IMG/VR virus record: IMGVR_UViG_3300044712_001937
Location: 62,001 to 126,000 of that record
Reading direction: 5' to 3' (one strand)
DNA: 64,000 nt
The notes beneath the pieces were generated by a model, which saw only the letters and a program-made list of their open reading frames with translations, was not told where the DNA came from and did no database searches. The translations under genes were made by a program, and so were the position numbers. How positions within the stretch are numbered: position 1 is the stretch's first letter; every line of letters begins with the position of its first letter. Positions 32,660-42,332 of this stretch are shown here, one piece after another.

Positions 32660-32894
32660 TTAAAATTGTACTAACCGCAAAAAATGGTAAATATCTTGAT
32701 TTATCATTTTTCGAAACACATATGCCCTAACATGGTGCTATGTGCAAATTAATATGCAAAATACGTAGTTGACTAATTGTTTCAACGTGACTTACGACTT
32801 TAGTTTTAATGGAGATTCACCAGCTCGAACAATTACCGTTTCCATGTCACTCTACGAATTTCGATTTCCTTCCTCCGAATGGTAGGATGAACTC
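32660..32894 (-). ncRNA. Putative structured noncoding RNA upstream of the terminase gene
   Basis: GC-richer gap with no plausible ORF; several complementary helices on the minus strand; preceded by CTATTTATA (32908-32900). Confidence 0.6.
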
Positions 32895-32912
32895 AAAAAT
32901 ATAAATAGTTAT

Positions 32913-33395
32913 TTATTGAAATTTTATCGAAGAAGTTTCAATAAATTCATTATTTTTTAATATAATTTTTCTCGCTGATAACATATCTTTAACTTTAGCT
33001 AAAGTCATACCGTAGTGAAATACTAATAATGGTAAATCATCATTATCTTGTTCAAACATACTTTCATAATCACTAATCATATTACCATTTTCATCTTGTT
33101 TATCTACTTCATACGCTAACGCATGGATTGTATAATAACCATGCATATATGGTCTATCTACAGCTTCATGTAAACAACACAAATCAAATGTTTTTGTTTT
33201 AAGATTGATAGTTTCATTGATATAATCCTCAGTTGGTGGTTCAGCATTATCACAAGCAGGTGATAAATCCCAACGCCAAGCTTCTATATCAATTTTTGAA
33301 TCATCATGGGAAAAGATAAATTCGTATAATCCTTCATCTTTAGAGTTATATCCAATTTTTAATACGAATATTAGTTTTAACTTATTTTCATCCAT
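32913..33395 (-). CDS. Hypothetical protein
   Basis: 160-aa ORF with late motif 33407-33415. Confidence 0.6.
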   Translation of the reverse strand: MDENKLKLIFVLKIGYNSKDEGLYEFIFSHDDSKIDIEAWRWDLSPACDNAEPPTEDYINETINLKTKTFDLCCLHEAVDRPYMHGYYTIHALAYEVDKQDENGNMISDYESMFEQDNDDLPLLVFHYGMTLAKVKDMLSARKIILKNNEFIETSSIKFQ

Positions 33396-33430
33396 AGTAT
33401 TTTTTTTATAAATACGATATGGATTAGAAT

Positions 33431-33841
33431 TTATTGATATAGAGTGCCTAAATTATCAAAATTCACATTAACATTTGTGTTATATTTTTCATTGATAAAA
33501 TCATTAAGAGCTGTAATTTCAAAAGAATATATTTTTTTAATTAATTTCCACTTTTTCAATAATATAAAATAACTTATTATTGTAATTATTAATAATATTA
33601 TAAATAATTTAAATGAAAAAAATAAGATTATTAATAATAATAATATTGGTATTATATTCTTTATAAGATATATGTAACTATGTAGAACATGTAAAAATTC
33701 TTCACAATATGAAATAGTAATATCTTTCATTTTAAAATATTCTTCTTTCTTAAGAAGTTCTTCATATTCGTTTTTATTATAATTAGTTTTACGAATAAAT
33801 TTTAATGATTTATATTTCCTATTTATTGTTCTTAGTTCCAT
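33431..33841 (-). CDS. Membrane protein (start revised to MELRTINRKY)
   Basis: Two adjacent hydrophobic segments; TGTAAC-N16-CGTA promoter at 33888-33863. Confidence 0.55.
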   Translation of the reverse strand: MELRTINRKYKSLKFIRKTNYNKNEYEELLKKEEYFKMKDITISYCEEFLHVLHSYIYLIKNIIPILLLLIILFFSFKLFIILLIITIISYFILLKKWKLIKKIYSFEITALNDFINEKYNTNVNVNFDNLGTLYQ

Positions 33842-33950
33842 ATGATTTATTTTTTTGATATATACGGTAAGTAGATTCAATTGTTACATATAAAACAAAA
33901 AAGCCAGTATTTTATTACTGACTTTTTGTTTTTATTTAATTTTAAATCAA

Positions 33951-36668
33951 TTATACACCACCCATTGAAGTTTTACCTCCAGTACCACCAGATGCAAAAG
34001 GATTTTCAGTTCTTAAAGGTGTGTATATGTAATTACCACCTTGTAAACCAAAACTTGGATTTTTTAATTTATCCATTTCATAACCTTGTTGCATTAGTGC
34101 ATATTTTTGTTCAGTACTCATTTTCATTGCTGCTTGTTTTCTTGCTCCAGCCATCAATGATTGTGAAAATATTTTATTAAAAGCATCGTTAATTGAATTT
34201 GGGTCAGCTTGATTTATTTTTTCAAATTTACTTGCATTACTTGAAAATGTATCCAAAAAACCTTCATCAATATTTCCTTTAAAATTTTTGAATTGTTCAT
34301 CAATAACAATATCAAGTTTTTTCAATGCTTCAGGTTTACTACTTTCATTTAAAGTAGATTTTCTTAAACCAGCTTTTTCTTCAATACGATTACGAATATA
34401 TCGTCTAAGTTTAACTTCAGATTCACTCATAATTGGTTTATCAGTTTCAGCACCTTCACGTTTTACATTTTTCCACATTGCTGCAGCAGCTACAGCTTTA
34501 GGGTCTTTAGCACCACTTGCTTTTGCTTTTGCTTCAACATCCTTAAATCCTTTACCCGGTTTACCGATATCTTTACCTGCTTTTGCTTGTTTTACAACTT
34601 CAGATTTTTTTTCTTTTGATAATCCAGCACTTGGTTTTTCAGTTTCTTTAATCACACCCATATTGGTAGCTGATTTAGCTTTAAACTTTTCTTGTGATGG
34701 AACACCATCAGTAGTTGTTTTAAATTTTTGATTTGCAGGAGCATTAAATGCAACTCCATTATCAATACCAGTTGCAATTTTACCTTGTGGTGCAACACCT
34801 TTTTGTTTTGGGTTTAATATAGCTTCTTTAATACCTTTTTTTACAGGTTTATTAAATGCCACACCATTAGCCATTCCAGTTTTTTTACCACCTTGTGGTG
34901 CAACACCTTTTTGTTTTTTATTTAATATAGCTTCAGATACAACACCAAGAGATTGTGCAGGAGGTGCAAAACCAACATTAGGTTGAGTTTCAACTCCATC
35001 AACATCTTCTTCAACAGTTTTAATTCCAGCACCTGCGCTTGTTCCAGCAATATTTGCTTGACCACCACGAGTAAGTTGATTAGTAATACCTTGAATAACT
35101 TTAGTAGTATCAATAGGTGTTTGTCCAGCTTTTTGAAGTCTTTGATTTATAGCATTAATTTGTTGTGCAAATTGATTAGCTAAATCATTAGCTTTTTTCA
35201 TTTCACCAGCAACTTCGCCACTATGATATGTTTGTTTAACTGCAGTTGCAGCATTTCCAATACCTTGTGCAACATTTTGTCCAGCTTGTTTTACATTTTG
35301 AACTGCTTGACCCACTTTTTCAGCACCTGCCTGATAAGCATTTTTAGCAACATTTTTAGCAGCATTACCAACAGCTTGTCCACCTTTAGCAATTCCACCA
35401 ACAGCAGCTTTACCTAAATTAGATAATCCACCCCATAATTCATCAATTTGACCAGAAATATCATCACCTTCATTCATTTGACCAGCATAAGGTGTCAAAT
35501 TATCTGCATATTCTTCATGTCCATAATCATTTTTCAATGAATTAATTATTTCAGGATTTGAAAGTAATGCTACTAATTTAAAATCAGGTTTATTTTCTCC
35601 GTCATTATAACCATTTGCAAATCTACTAATAACATTAGTTTTTTCTTCATCACCACATTCCATTAAAGATTCTTTAGTATAACCTAATGATTCTGCAAAT
35701 TTACCAAAACCTTGACATTCCAAACATTCACCTTCACCAATTTCAGCAGCTTTTTCTTCAGGTTCAACATCAAGATTTGCAATTTCTTCATCAGGTACTA
35801 CTTTAAGTATAATATCGGCAAGACCTTTTCTATCACTAATATCCATTTCTTTAAAATCATCTTTGAAAGGAGCTAAAAAAGTTTTAACATAACCTTGAAC
35901 TTGTTGAGGTTCTAATTCTGTTTTTCTTAATAAATTAGTTAATTTACCTAATTTAGATTCAATATCTTGTACAGTTAAACTTTTTTGGTCATCTGGAGTC
36001 ATAGCATCACCAGTTTCATCACCTTCAGGTTCAGGTGTTTCTTCACCACCATCTAATTCACCTTCAGGTTCAGGTGCTACTTCAGGTTCGGGAGTTTCTT
36101 CACCACCATCTAATTCACCTTCAGGTTCAGGTGCTACTTCAGGTTCGGGAGTTTCTTCACCACCACCATCTAAACCAGTTTCAGGTTCAGGTGTTGGAGC
36201 TGGTTCAGGTGCTACTTCAGGTGCAGTTGCAGCAGCTTGTGCATCGTTTAACCCTTTTTCAGCAGCATTAATTTCTTCTTCAGCACCTTCTTCAACACTT
36301 TCACCAAGTAATCTTTTTTTACCACCATTTGGATTTGCTTTATATTTAGTTGTTTCATTAATAGTATGGAACAACATATTTCTTTGTTTTTCAGCTTCAC
36401 TTAATGAGTGAAATTGATAATTAGTAACATTTGACAACCCACCAATATATGCAAAATCAGCAACATTAGGGTCTTGTTTAAGACCAGCTTTTTTTATGTA
36501 GTAATTATGATTTTCTTTAATAATACCATAAGCAACTCCATCAGATGCTCTTTTATAGTCGATTAAACTACCTAAATTACGTGTAGATTCTTTTATAGAA
36601 ACTTTTTTTACTTCAGCTAATGTATTTAGTCTTTGGAAAAACGCTTCTTTTGAATTATTCTTTTTCAT
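33951..36668 (-). CDS. Large acidic prohead core/internal protein with repeats
   Basis: 905 aa, low complexity, many (I/L/V/M)xE sites; late motif 36712-36720. Confidence 0.6.
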   Translation of the reverse strand: MKKNNSKEAFFQRLNTLAEVKKVSIKESTRNLGSLIDYKRASDGVAYGIIKENHNYYIKKAGLKQDPNVADFAYIGGLSNVTNYQFHSLSEAEKQRNMLFHTINETTKYKANPNGGKKRLLGESVEEGAEEEINAAEKGLNDAQAAATAPEVAPEPAPTPEPETGLDGGGEETPEPEVAPEPEGELDGGEETPEPEVAPEPEGELDGGEETPEPEGDETGDAMTPDDQKSLTVQDIESKLGKLTNLLRKTELEPQQVQGYVKTFLAPFKDDFKEMDISDRKGLADIILKVVPDEEIANLDVEPEEKAAEIGEGECLECQGFGKFAESLGYTKESLMECGDEEKTNVISRFANGYNDGENKPDFKLVALLSNPEIINSLKNDYGHEEYADNLTPYAGQMNEGDDISGQIDELWGGLSNLGKAAVGGIAKGGQAVGNAAKNVAKNAYQAGAEKVGQAVQNVKQAGQNVAQGIGNAATAVKQTYHSGEVAGEMKKANDLANQFAQQINAINQRLQKAGQTPIDTTKVIQGITNQLTRGGQANIAGTSAGAGIKTVEEDVDGVETQPNVGFAPPAQSLGVVSEAILNKKQKGVAPQGGKKTGMANGVAFNKPVKKGIKEAILNPKQKGVAPQGKIATGIDNGVAFNAPANQKFKTTTDGVPSQEKFKAKSATNMGVIKETEKPSAGLSKEKKSEVVKQAKAGKDIGKPGKGFKDVEAKAKASGAKDPKAVAAAAMWKNVKREGAETDKPIMSESEVKLRRYIRNRIEEKAGLRKSTLNESSKPEALKKLDIVIDEQFKNFKGNIDEGFLDTFSSNASKFEKINQADPNSINDAFNKIFSQSLMAGARKQAAMKMSTEQKYALMQQGYEMDKLKNPSFGLQGGNYIYTPLRTENPFASGGTGGKTSMGGV
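36037..36165. repeat. Perfect 57-bp tandem repeat (about 2.3 copies) encoding EPEVAPEPEGELDGGEETP
   Basis: Unit at 36037 and 36094, partial copy at 36151. Confidence 0.9.
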
Positions 36669-36747
36669 TTGTATTTTTTTATTATTGCTAATTATTTACT
36701 TTACATTTTTTTATAAATACTTTATTTAAAGCAAAAAAATGTAGTTA

Positions 36748-36996
36748 TTATATTATTTCGTATTTTTCATTTGTGATTTTATACTTGATTAACATTTCAT
36801 AAACTTTAGGTGTTATTAATTTTTTTCGCTTATAATTATTAATAACAGTTTGATTTGCATTTTTTAATGAAACATTTTCGTTTAAATATTTCATATTATT
36901 ATGTAAAGATTCTAATATTGAATTGAATGTTTTTTCAGCTTTTTTGACTTCAACATACTCATTTAATTGTTTCTTTGTCACATAAATTCTTTTCAT
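36748..36996 (-). CDS. Small head-associated hypothetical protein
   Basis: MKRIYVTKKQLNEYVE start with LNE motif. Confidence 0.5.
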   Translation of the reverse strand: MKRIYVTKKQLNEYVEVKKAEKTFNSILESLHNNMKYLNENVSLKNANQTVINNYKRKKLITPKVYEMLIKYKITNEKYEII

Positions 36997-37817
36997 TATA
37001 ATTCAGGATTTAAAAATTCATCAAGACTTAACTCTTGAGTTAAATATTGGTTATTTAATTCATATAATTTTTCAAGATATCCTGTATTCCTTATAACTTT
37101 AAATACAAGATTTTCTGTTGAAAATTCACCTCCTTTTTCAAGTCCGGATTGTCTATATTTTTTTATCTTATCTCGTAAATCATTATATTTTTTAGTAAAA
37201 TCTTCTGAATCTAAATTTGACTCTAAATCATCAATAGCATTCATTAAATCTGATGCTTTTAGTTGTACATCACCAGTATCAACATTAATAATTTTTTTAG
37301 TAGGTTTTCTAATCCATAAATTTTTAATTAAAGAATATGCTCCTGAAGAATATCTTGTTACTTCATTGTTTTCGTAATACATTTCAACATCATGACCTTT
37401 AACTTGAATTGGAAGTCTTTCATTCCATAAAGTCTTTTTTAATTTAAGGTAATCACCAACAAATTCTTCATTATCAGAAATTTGTTTAAAATCAAGAATT
37501 ATATGAATGTCTAAATCTGAATTTTCACTATAATTATAATTAGCCATACTACCAATAAGTAAAACATCGTTGAAATTAAGATTTTCCATATCGGAATATT
37601 CAATAAATCTTTTAGCATTCAATAATAATGCTTTTCTTACATCAGGTTTAATATTTTCATTTTCATCCCAAATTAGAGGATTTAATGTTTCATGCATTTG
37701 AATTGATGTAACATCAACTTCATCAGGTTGTACAACTTCTTTCAACACTTCAGAAATATTATTCTTTTTCCAAAATCTACCTGACCATGAACGTGGATTT
37801 TTATTTATATCAACCAT
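36996..37817 (-). CDS. DNA polymerase beta-superfamily nucleotidyltransferase
   Basis: LIGSMANYNYSENSDLDIHII (GS...DxD) and HDVEMY third carboxylate. Confidence 0.8.
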   Translation of the reverse strand: MVDINKNPRSWSGRFWKKNNISEVLKEVVQPDEVDVTSIQMHETLNPLIWDENENIKPDVRKALLLNAKRFIEYSDMENLNFNDVLLIGSMANYNYSENSDLDIHIILDFKQISDNEEFVGDYLKLKKTLWNERLPIQVKGHDVEMYYENNEVTRYSSGAYSLIKNLWIRKPTKKIINVDTGDVQLKASDLMNAIDDLESNLDSEDFTKKYNDLRDKIKKYRQSGLEKGGEFSTENLVFKVIRNTGYLEKLYELNNQYLTQELSLDEFLNPEL

Positions 37818-37819
37818 AA

Positions 37820-38131
37820 TTACAATTCTAATAATGAATTAATTAATTTTTGTTGGTTTTCAGATAATGCAGGTGTTGACTGTGATTTAAATGCTTTTGC
37901 TTTTTTTTCAACTAATAATGAATATAATACATCAATAACCTCATATTCATTTTCTTGTAGTAATCTATCAATAGCATTTTTAATATTTCCAACTTTAACT
38001 AAATATGCTCTATCATATTCTGCAGTTTCGGGATTATCAATAGTCCAATTTTTAAACGCTTCATGAATTTTTAATTCAGGGTTTAATTTTACCATATTTT
38101 CGAATAGTAGTTTTTTACTATCTTTTTTCAT
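37820..38131 (-). CDS. Putative internal head protein with KLLFENM leader (start revised)
   Basis: MKKDSKKLLFENMVKLNPELKIHE; late motif 38148-38156. Confidence 0.55.
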   Translation of the reverse strand: MKKDSKKLLFENMVKLNPELKIHEAFKNWTIDNPETAEYDRAYLVKVGNIKNAIDRLLQENEYEVIDVLYSLLVEKKAKAFKSQSTPALSENQQKLINSLLEL

Positions 38132-38206
38132 AAAAAATATATTTTTATATAAATACATTATTATTAATTAAAGTGTTATTGTATTTATATAAAATTCTCA
38201 TACGAA

Positions 38207-40087
38207 ATGAATTTAGAATGTTTAAATACTATAATTACCGATAATTTAGCAATTCATATTGATTTAACTAATCTTAAATCTTGGAATTTAAATACCGGAT
38301 TTACTTCATTTAGTTTAACTAAATGGAAGAAAGCATTTTCTGATAATATCAATCTAATTGATTTAGGTTTAACTGGTTTTGATAATGGAAAAACTAATAT
38401 TATGCATAGTGGAATTACTCTTACACCTAAAGATAATTTATTTTCTATGTATAGAATTGGTTATAATGATATTTACAACCCAACAAGTAATAATACAAGT
38501 GGATATACTGCAATAACAAGATATGATATATATCCTATGTACGGTGTTACTACAGGTCAAAGTGGAAATTATTTTGATTTAAATGGAGGATATTTACAAG
38601 GATTTTTTAAATTGAATGGTTATAATTATGAATTATTACCAGCCAGATATGGAAAAGGTATTACTATTGAAACATTGGTTAATTTATATCCTAATTCATA
38701 TGGTATTTTTTATACAATGGGTTTACGAGCCGAAGACAAATTTAACACATATTTTTCAGGAGAAACAATAGTTAAAAATAATGAAGTTACTGGTGTTACA
38801 ACAAGTTTTAATAATTATTTAGATAGCTTAAAAGAAAATATTACAATAAAAAAAGCGTTTAGTTCATACGAAGATAATAAAACAGTTGTTTATTCACAAA
38901 TACCACAACTTGATAATATTGAAAATAATATAATTGCTTTTGAAATTACTCAAGATAAATATTTGGCTTATAAATATATTGATAGTAATGGGATTGTTAT
39001 TGAAGATAAATCTTTAAAAACTATTAATAATTCAGGTTTTACCCTTATTTCAATAACATATACTCCTAATGAAAATATTGTTGACCCAGATATTTTAGAA
39101 TGTGCTGAAAGAAGGACTGGAAAATTAACATTTTATATCAATGGTCGTTCTGTATGGACAATTAAAGAATATCCTGAATTTTATTTTCACTCAATTATTA
39201 ATGATAAAGAAAAGCAAATTGGTGTTCCATATTCAATTAGTTGGGGTGGTGGTAGTTTTGGTTTAAAACATTCTTGGCATTATGATATACAATCATATTC
39301 AATATACACAGGTCAAAATAATACATATATTAATAATAATATTTTTGTACAAGGTTATCCATTACCTACAGAGTGTATTCCAATTCCAGATGAAAGTTAT
39401 TTAAATGGATTATCAATAAGTGCAAATAGTAATACGTTTTATTCTGTTGATGAATGTAATCCATTAATAACACATCCCATAACTGTAATGTCTATAAATT
39501 ATACTGGACAAACAGGCACTACTTCCGGAAACACATTCTTAATTAAATTTAATCACCCAATTTCAATATTATCAAATCGAGATTATGATGTAAAATTATC
39601 TATATTCGATAAAGATTTTTTTAAAAGAAATTTAAATATTGTAAATAAAGCATCCATTTTAATATATAGTGATGAAACTGATGTTAATATTATTGAAGAT
39701 AATGAATATACATATCCATCTTCTGGAAATTCTAATGTTTGGGTTGATTTAAAATCAAAGTTCAACATACCCGATAATTCTGGAAAGAAAAATGTTTATA
39801 TAGGTTTATTACTTGAAACTAATGATAGTTTTAATTTAAATCAACCATTTTATGTGAAAGATTTCATATACACCGGAGCAGATATTTTAACTCAAGATAA
39901 TAGAAAAAGAAATTTAACTATTGAGCAAAATTTTGATTCTGGATTTATTGGTGGAATTCAAAAACTTAGAGTTTATGATAATGCTTTAACATCGCAAGAA
40001 ATTTTACATAATGCATTTATTGAAGCTAATAATTATCCAGATTTGAATTTTATAGTTAGTAAAGGTGGTAGAATAATTTATAGATAA
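38207..40087 (+). CDS. LamG/concanavalin A-like virion protein
   Basis: FTLISITY...KLTFYINGR and GFIGGIQKLRVYDNALTSQEILHN are typical LamG motifs; late motif 38181-38189. Confidence 0.7.
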   Translation: MNLECLNTIITDNLAIHIDLTNLKSWNLNTGFTSFSLTKWKKAFSDNINLIDLGLTGFDNGKTNIMHSGITLTPKDNLFSMYRIGYNDIYNPTSNNTSGYTAITRYDIYPMYGVTTGQSGNYFDLNGGYLQGFFKLNGYNYELLPARYGKGITIETLVNLYPNSYGIFYTMGLRAEDKFNTYFSGETIVKNNEVTGVTTSFNNYLDSLKENITIKKAFSSYEDNKTVVYSQIPQLDNIENNIIAFEITQDKYLAYKYIDSNGIVIEDKSLKTINNSGFTLISITYTPNENIVDPDILECAERRTGKLTFYINGRSVWTIKEYPEFYFHSIINDKEKQIGVPYSISWGGGSFGLKHSWHYDIQSYSIYTGQNNTYINNNIFVQGYPLPTECIPIPDESYLNGLSISANSNTFYSVDECNPLITHPITVMSINYTGQTGTTSGNTFLIKFNHPISILSNRDYDVKLSIFDKDFFKRNLNIVNKASILIYSDETDVNIIEDNEYTYPSSGNSNVWVDLKSKFNIPDNSGKKNVYIGLLLETNDSFNLNQPFYVKDFIYTGADILTQDNRKRNLTIEQNFDSGFIGGIQKLRVYDNALTSQEILHNAFIEANNYPDLNFIVSKGGRIIYR

Positions 40088-40134
40088 TTCAAAAAAAATT
40101 TAAATACATCGTATTTAACTATAAATTATATACT

Positions 40135-40344
40135 ATGGGCAAACTTGATGAAATTTATGAAGGTTGGAAAAATTATATATTTCCAAGTCCTACAGTTGAA
40201 AAAGAAGCAAAACGAAGAATTGAAATTTGTGTTAAAAATGAATGTAAAAAATTTAAAAATAATAATACATGTGGATTGTGCGGTTGTTATATGCCAGCTA
40301 AAGTAAGAAGTATCAAATCACATTGTGTTATGGGTAAATGGTGA
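40135..40344 (+). CDS. Small Cys-rich (zinc-binding) protein
   Basis: RRIEIC...C...CGLCGCYMPAKVR...CVMGKW. Confidence 0.65.
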   Translation: MGKLDEIYEGWKNYIFPSPTVEKEAKRRIEICVKNECKKFKNNNTCGLCGCYMPAKVRSIKSHCVMGKW

Positions 40345-40902
40345 TTATGCACCATTTAACCTATCAACAATAATATCTCCAATGAAAGTATCAAAGAATT
40401 TTTCTTTTAATCTCAAATCCTTTTCATTATTATAAGCTTTAAATTCTATAATATCATTATCTGAACTAAGTAGTTTAACTGTAACATTTTCCCAAGAAAT
40501 ATCATAATTACCAACACTACTGTTGACAGAATTATCAGTATATTGACCTACTTTATTTACAATAATATTATCTTCGCCATTATTTCCAAAATCCAATCCA
40601 ATTAAAATAGGTTCTTTCATTGGGTCATATTTATATTCAAACTTCACATAATAATCTATTGTAATATATACTGAATCGTCAGTATTACCTTCCCAATTTC
40701 CACCTATATTTAATGGTTCTTGCTCAATTATTTTAAATTTTTCCTTAAATTTCCATATCGAATCAATTATTAATTGTTTTTGAAAATCAACATTTTGTAA
40801 TAATTTAATCTCATCTTGTAAATTTATCTCTTTATCATTATTTAAAAAATCAAAACTTGAAAATTCTTCATTTATAATATTTATAATATTTTTATTTTCC
40901 AT
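40345..40902 (-). CDS. Putative internal head protein (IINEE leader)
   Basis: MENKNIINIINEEF; late motif 40920-40928. Confidence 0.5.
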   Translation of the reverse strand: MENKNIINIINEEFSSFDFLNNDKEINLQDEIKLLQNVDFQKQLIIDSIWKFKEKFKIIEQEPLNIGGNWEGNTDDSVYITIDYYVKFEYKYDPMKEPILIGLDFGNNGEDNIIVNKVGQYTDNSVNSSVGNYDISWENVTVKLLSSDNDIIEFKAYNNEKDLRLKEKFFDTFIGDIIVDRLNGA

Positions 40903-40984
40903 CGTATTAGAAATTTTATAATAAATACTGACTCAATAATATAAATCTTGAAACATTTTCTAAATGTTGACGTATTTATAAATG

Positions 40985-41135
40985 AAAAGTCATTGCTTAA
41001 TTATTAATTAAGTTAGGTCTGATAAAAGTCAGGAATGATTTTTAAATTTTATTGCCAGTTAGTGGTTATGTAAAATTTAAAAGACTTGACTATTGATAAT
41101 TGCATCAAAATTTAATTTCGATGCAATTATTTTTT
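40985..41135 (+). ncRNA. Putative small structured RNA with its own promoter and terminator
   Basis: TGAAAC-N16-CGTA at 40949-40974; three-way junction plus long hairpin; terminator ATAATTGCATC...GATGCAATTAT-T run. Confidence 0.55.
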
Positions 41136-41143
41136 AAAATAAA

Positions 41144-41174
41144 TTTGTATTTATAAAAAAAATAATTACATTTG
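41144..41174 (+). promoter_or_regulatory. Bacteroidota sigma-A promoter of tRNA cluster 1
   Basis: TTTG 41144-41147, 19 nt, TACATTTG 41167-41174. Confidence 0.75.
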
Positions 41175-41206
41175 TACCGAATAAGTATAACATAATAAAT
41201 ATTCAA

Positions 41207-41281
41207 ATGAAAAATTTAATACATATCCACCCCCAACCACAACAACATCCACAAATGTTGAATGGGGATAATATGGCTTAA
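41207..41281 (+). CDS. Attenuator leader peptide 1, MKNLIHIHPQPQQHPQMLNGDNMA (His/Pro/Gln-rich)
   Basis: Manual translation; lies between promoter and terminator; contains antiterminator segment TTGAATGGG. Confidence 0.8.
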   Translation: MKNLIHIHPQPQQHPQMLNGDNMA

Positions 41282-41313
41282 ATTTTTTAAAAAAGTTTTT
41301 AAGTTTAACATAT

Positions 41314-41348
41314 AAAAACCCATTCAGAGAAATTTGAATGGGTTTTTT
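41314..41348 (+). terminator. Conditional terminator of attenuator 1
   Basis: AAAAACCCATTCA-GAGAAATT-TGAATGGGTTTTTT. Confidence 0.85.
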
Positions 41349-41375
41349 ATTTTCAGGGATTGGGCGAGTTTAATA

Positions 41376-41386
41376 TGTTCTTTGAA
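41376..41386 (+). promoter_or_regulatory. boxA-like antitermination site
   Basis: TGTTCTTTGAA shortly after the terminator. Confidence 0.55.
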
Positions 41387-41464
41387 TTATCGAAATTGAG
41401 GTTATTTTTTTTATGTTAACTTAATTAATTTCGACATTAATTGTATTTATAATGAAAAATATAT

Positions 41465-42103
41465 ATGAATATTGAAAATTTAAAATTAATAATTGAAAAC
41501 AGTACTTCATTAAGTGAAGTTTGTAAGAAAATGAATATAAATAATAATGGTAACTCATTTAAAAAAATAAAAAAATTTATAAATGATGAAAGTATATCAA
41601 TATCTCATTTTAAGCGAAAATCAAAAAATATTTATAATGTTGATAAATTAAAATTATTAGTAAAAAATTCTACAACATATTCTGAAATATGTAGAGGGTT
41701 TAATATTAAAGAAACTGGTGGAAATATTAAAACAATTAAACAAAAAATTAATGAATCTAATATAGATATATCACATTTTAATGGTAAAGGTTGGAATAAA
41801 GGGAAAAGATATATTAATAATTTTAAAAAAAGTGAATTAAACAAAATATTAGTTGAAAATTCAACATATATTAATACGCATAAACTTAAATTAAGATTAA
41901 TTAAAGAAGGCTTACTTGAGCATAAATGCTATGGAGATAACTGTTGTATTATCAATATGTGGAATAATAAATTAATATCATTACAATTAGACCATATTAA
42001 TGGAAATAGAAGAGATAATAGAATTGAAAATCTTAGATTATTATGTCCTAATTGTCATTCACAAACTGAAACATATGGAGGTAAAAATAACGTAAAAAAA
42101 TAA
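41465..42103 (+). CDS. HNH homing endonuclease inserted ahead of tRNA cluster 1
   Basis: LQLDHINGNRRDNRIENLRLLCPNCHSQTETY; duplicated N-terminal repeat; late motif 41443-41451. Confidence 0.9.
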   Translation: MNIENLKLIIENSTSLSEVCKKMNINNNGNSFKKIKKFINDESISISHFKRKSKNIYNVDKLKLLVKNSTTYSEICRGFNIKETGGNIKTIKQKINESNIDISHFNGKGWNKGKRYINNFKKSELNKILVENSTYINTHKLKLRLIKEGLLEHKCYGDNCCIINMWNNKLISLQLDHINGNRRDNRIENLRLLCPNCHSQTETYGGKNNVKK

Positions 42104-42110
42104 TATATTT

Positions 42111-42185
42111 CTGGGTGTTCCACAGATGGATATATGGGCGTGCCTTGGAAGCACGTGTTCGTGAGTTCGAATCTCACCACTCAGA
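42111..42185 (+). tRNA. tRNA-Pro(UGG)
   Basis: Acceptor CTGGGTG/CACTCAG; CGTGC-CTTGGAA-GCACG; TTCGAAT T-loop. Confidence 0.85.
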
Positions 42186-42200
42186 CTAAATTGTTTTAAT

Positions 42201-42273
42201 GGTGTTTGAAGCATTAAGGTGATGTGCTTGACTGTGAATCAAGAGAAAACGGGTCAGTACCGTTCTTACACCC
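42201..42273 (+). tRNA. tRNA-His(GUG), atypical T-loop
   Basis: CTTGA-CTGTGAA-TCAAG; acceptor has mismatches; T-loop GTCAGTA. Confidence 0.7.
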
Positions 42274-42332
42274 AAATTATCGGTTAATTAACCTATAAAA
42301 TATATTTATAGGCATTTTAAAAGATAAAATTA

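Noticed and set aside
31900-33395. Small terminase (gp16) assignment for the neighbours of the terminase gene
   Set aside because: Neither the 32913 ORF nor the GIY-YIG gene shows recognisable small-terminase features by eye.
40982-41011. 9-codon ORF MKSHCLIIN as a leader peptide
   Set aside because: No segment complementary to the downstream terminator and no codon bias; the region is better explained as structured RNA.
41011-41040. Hammerhead ribozyme in the 41-kb RNA
   Set aside because: CTGATAA does not match the CUGANGA core and no GAAA/UH junction is correctly placed.
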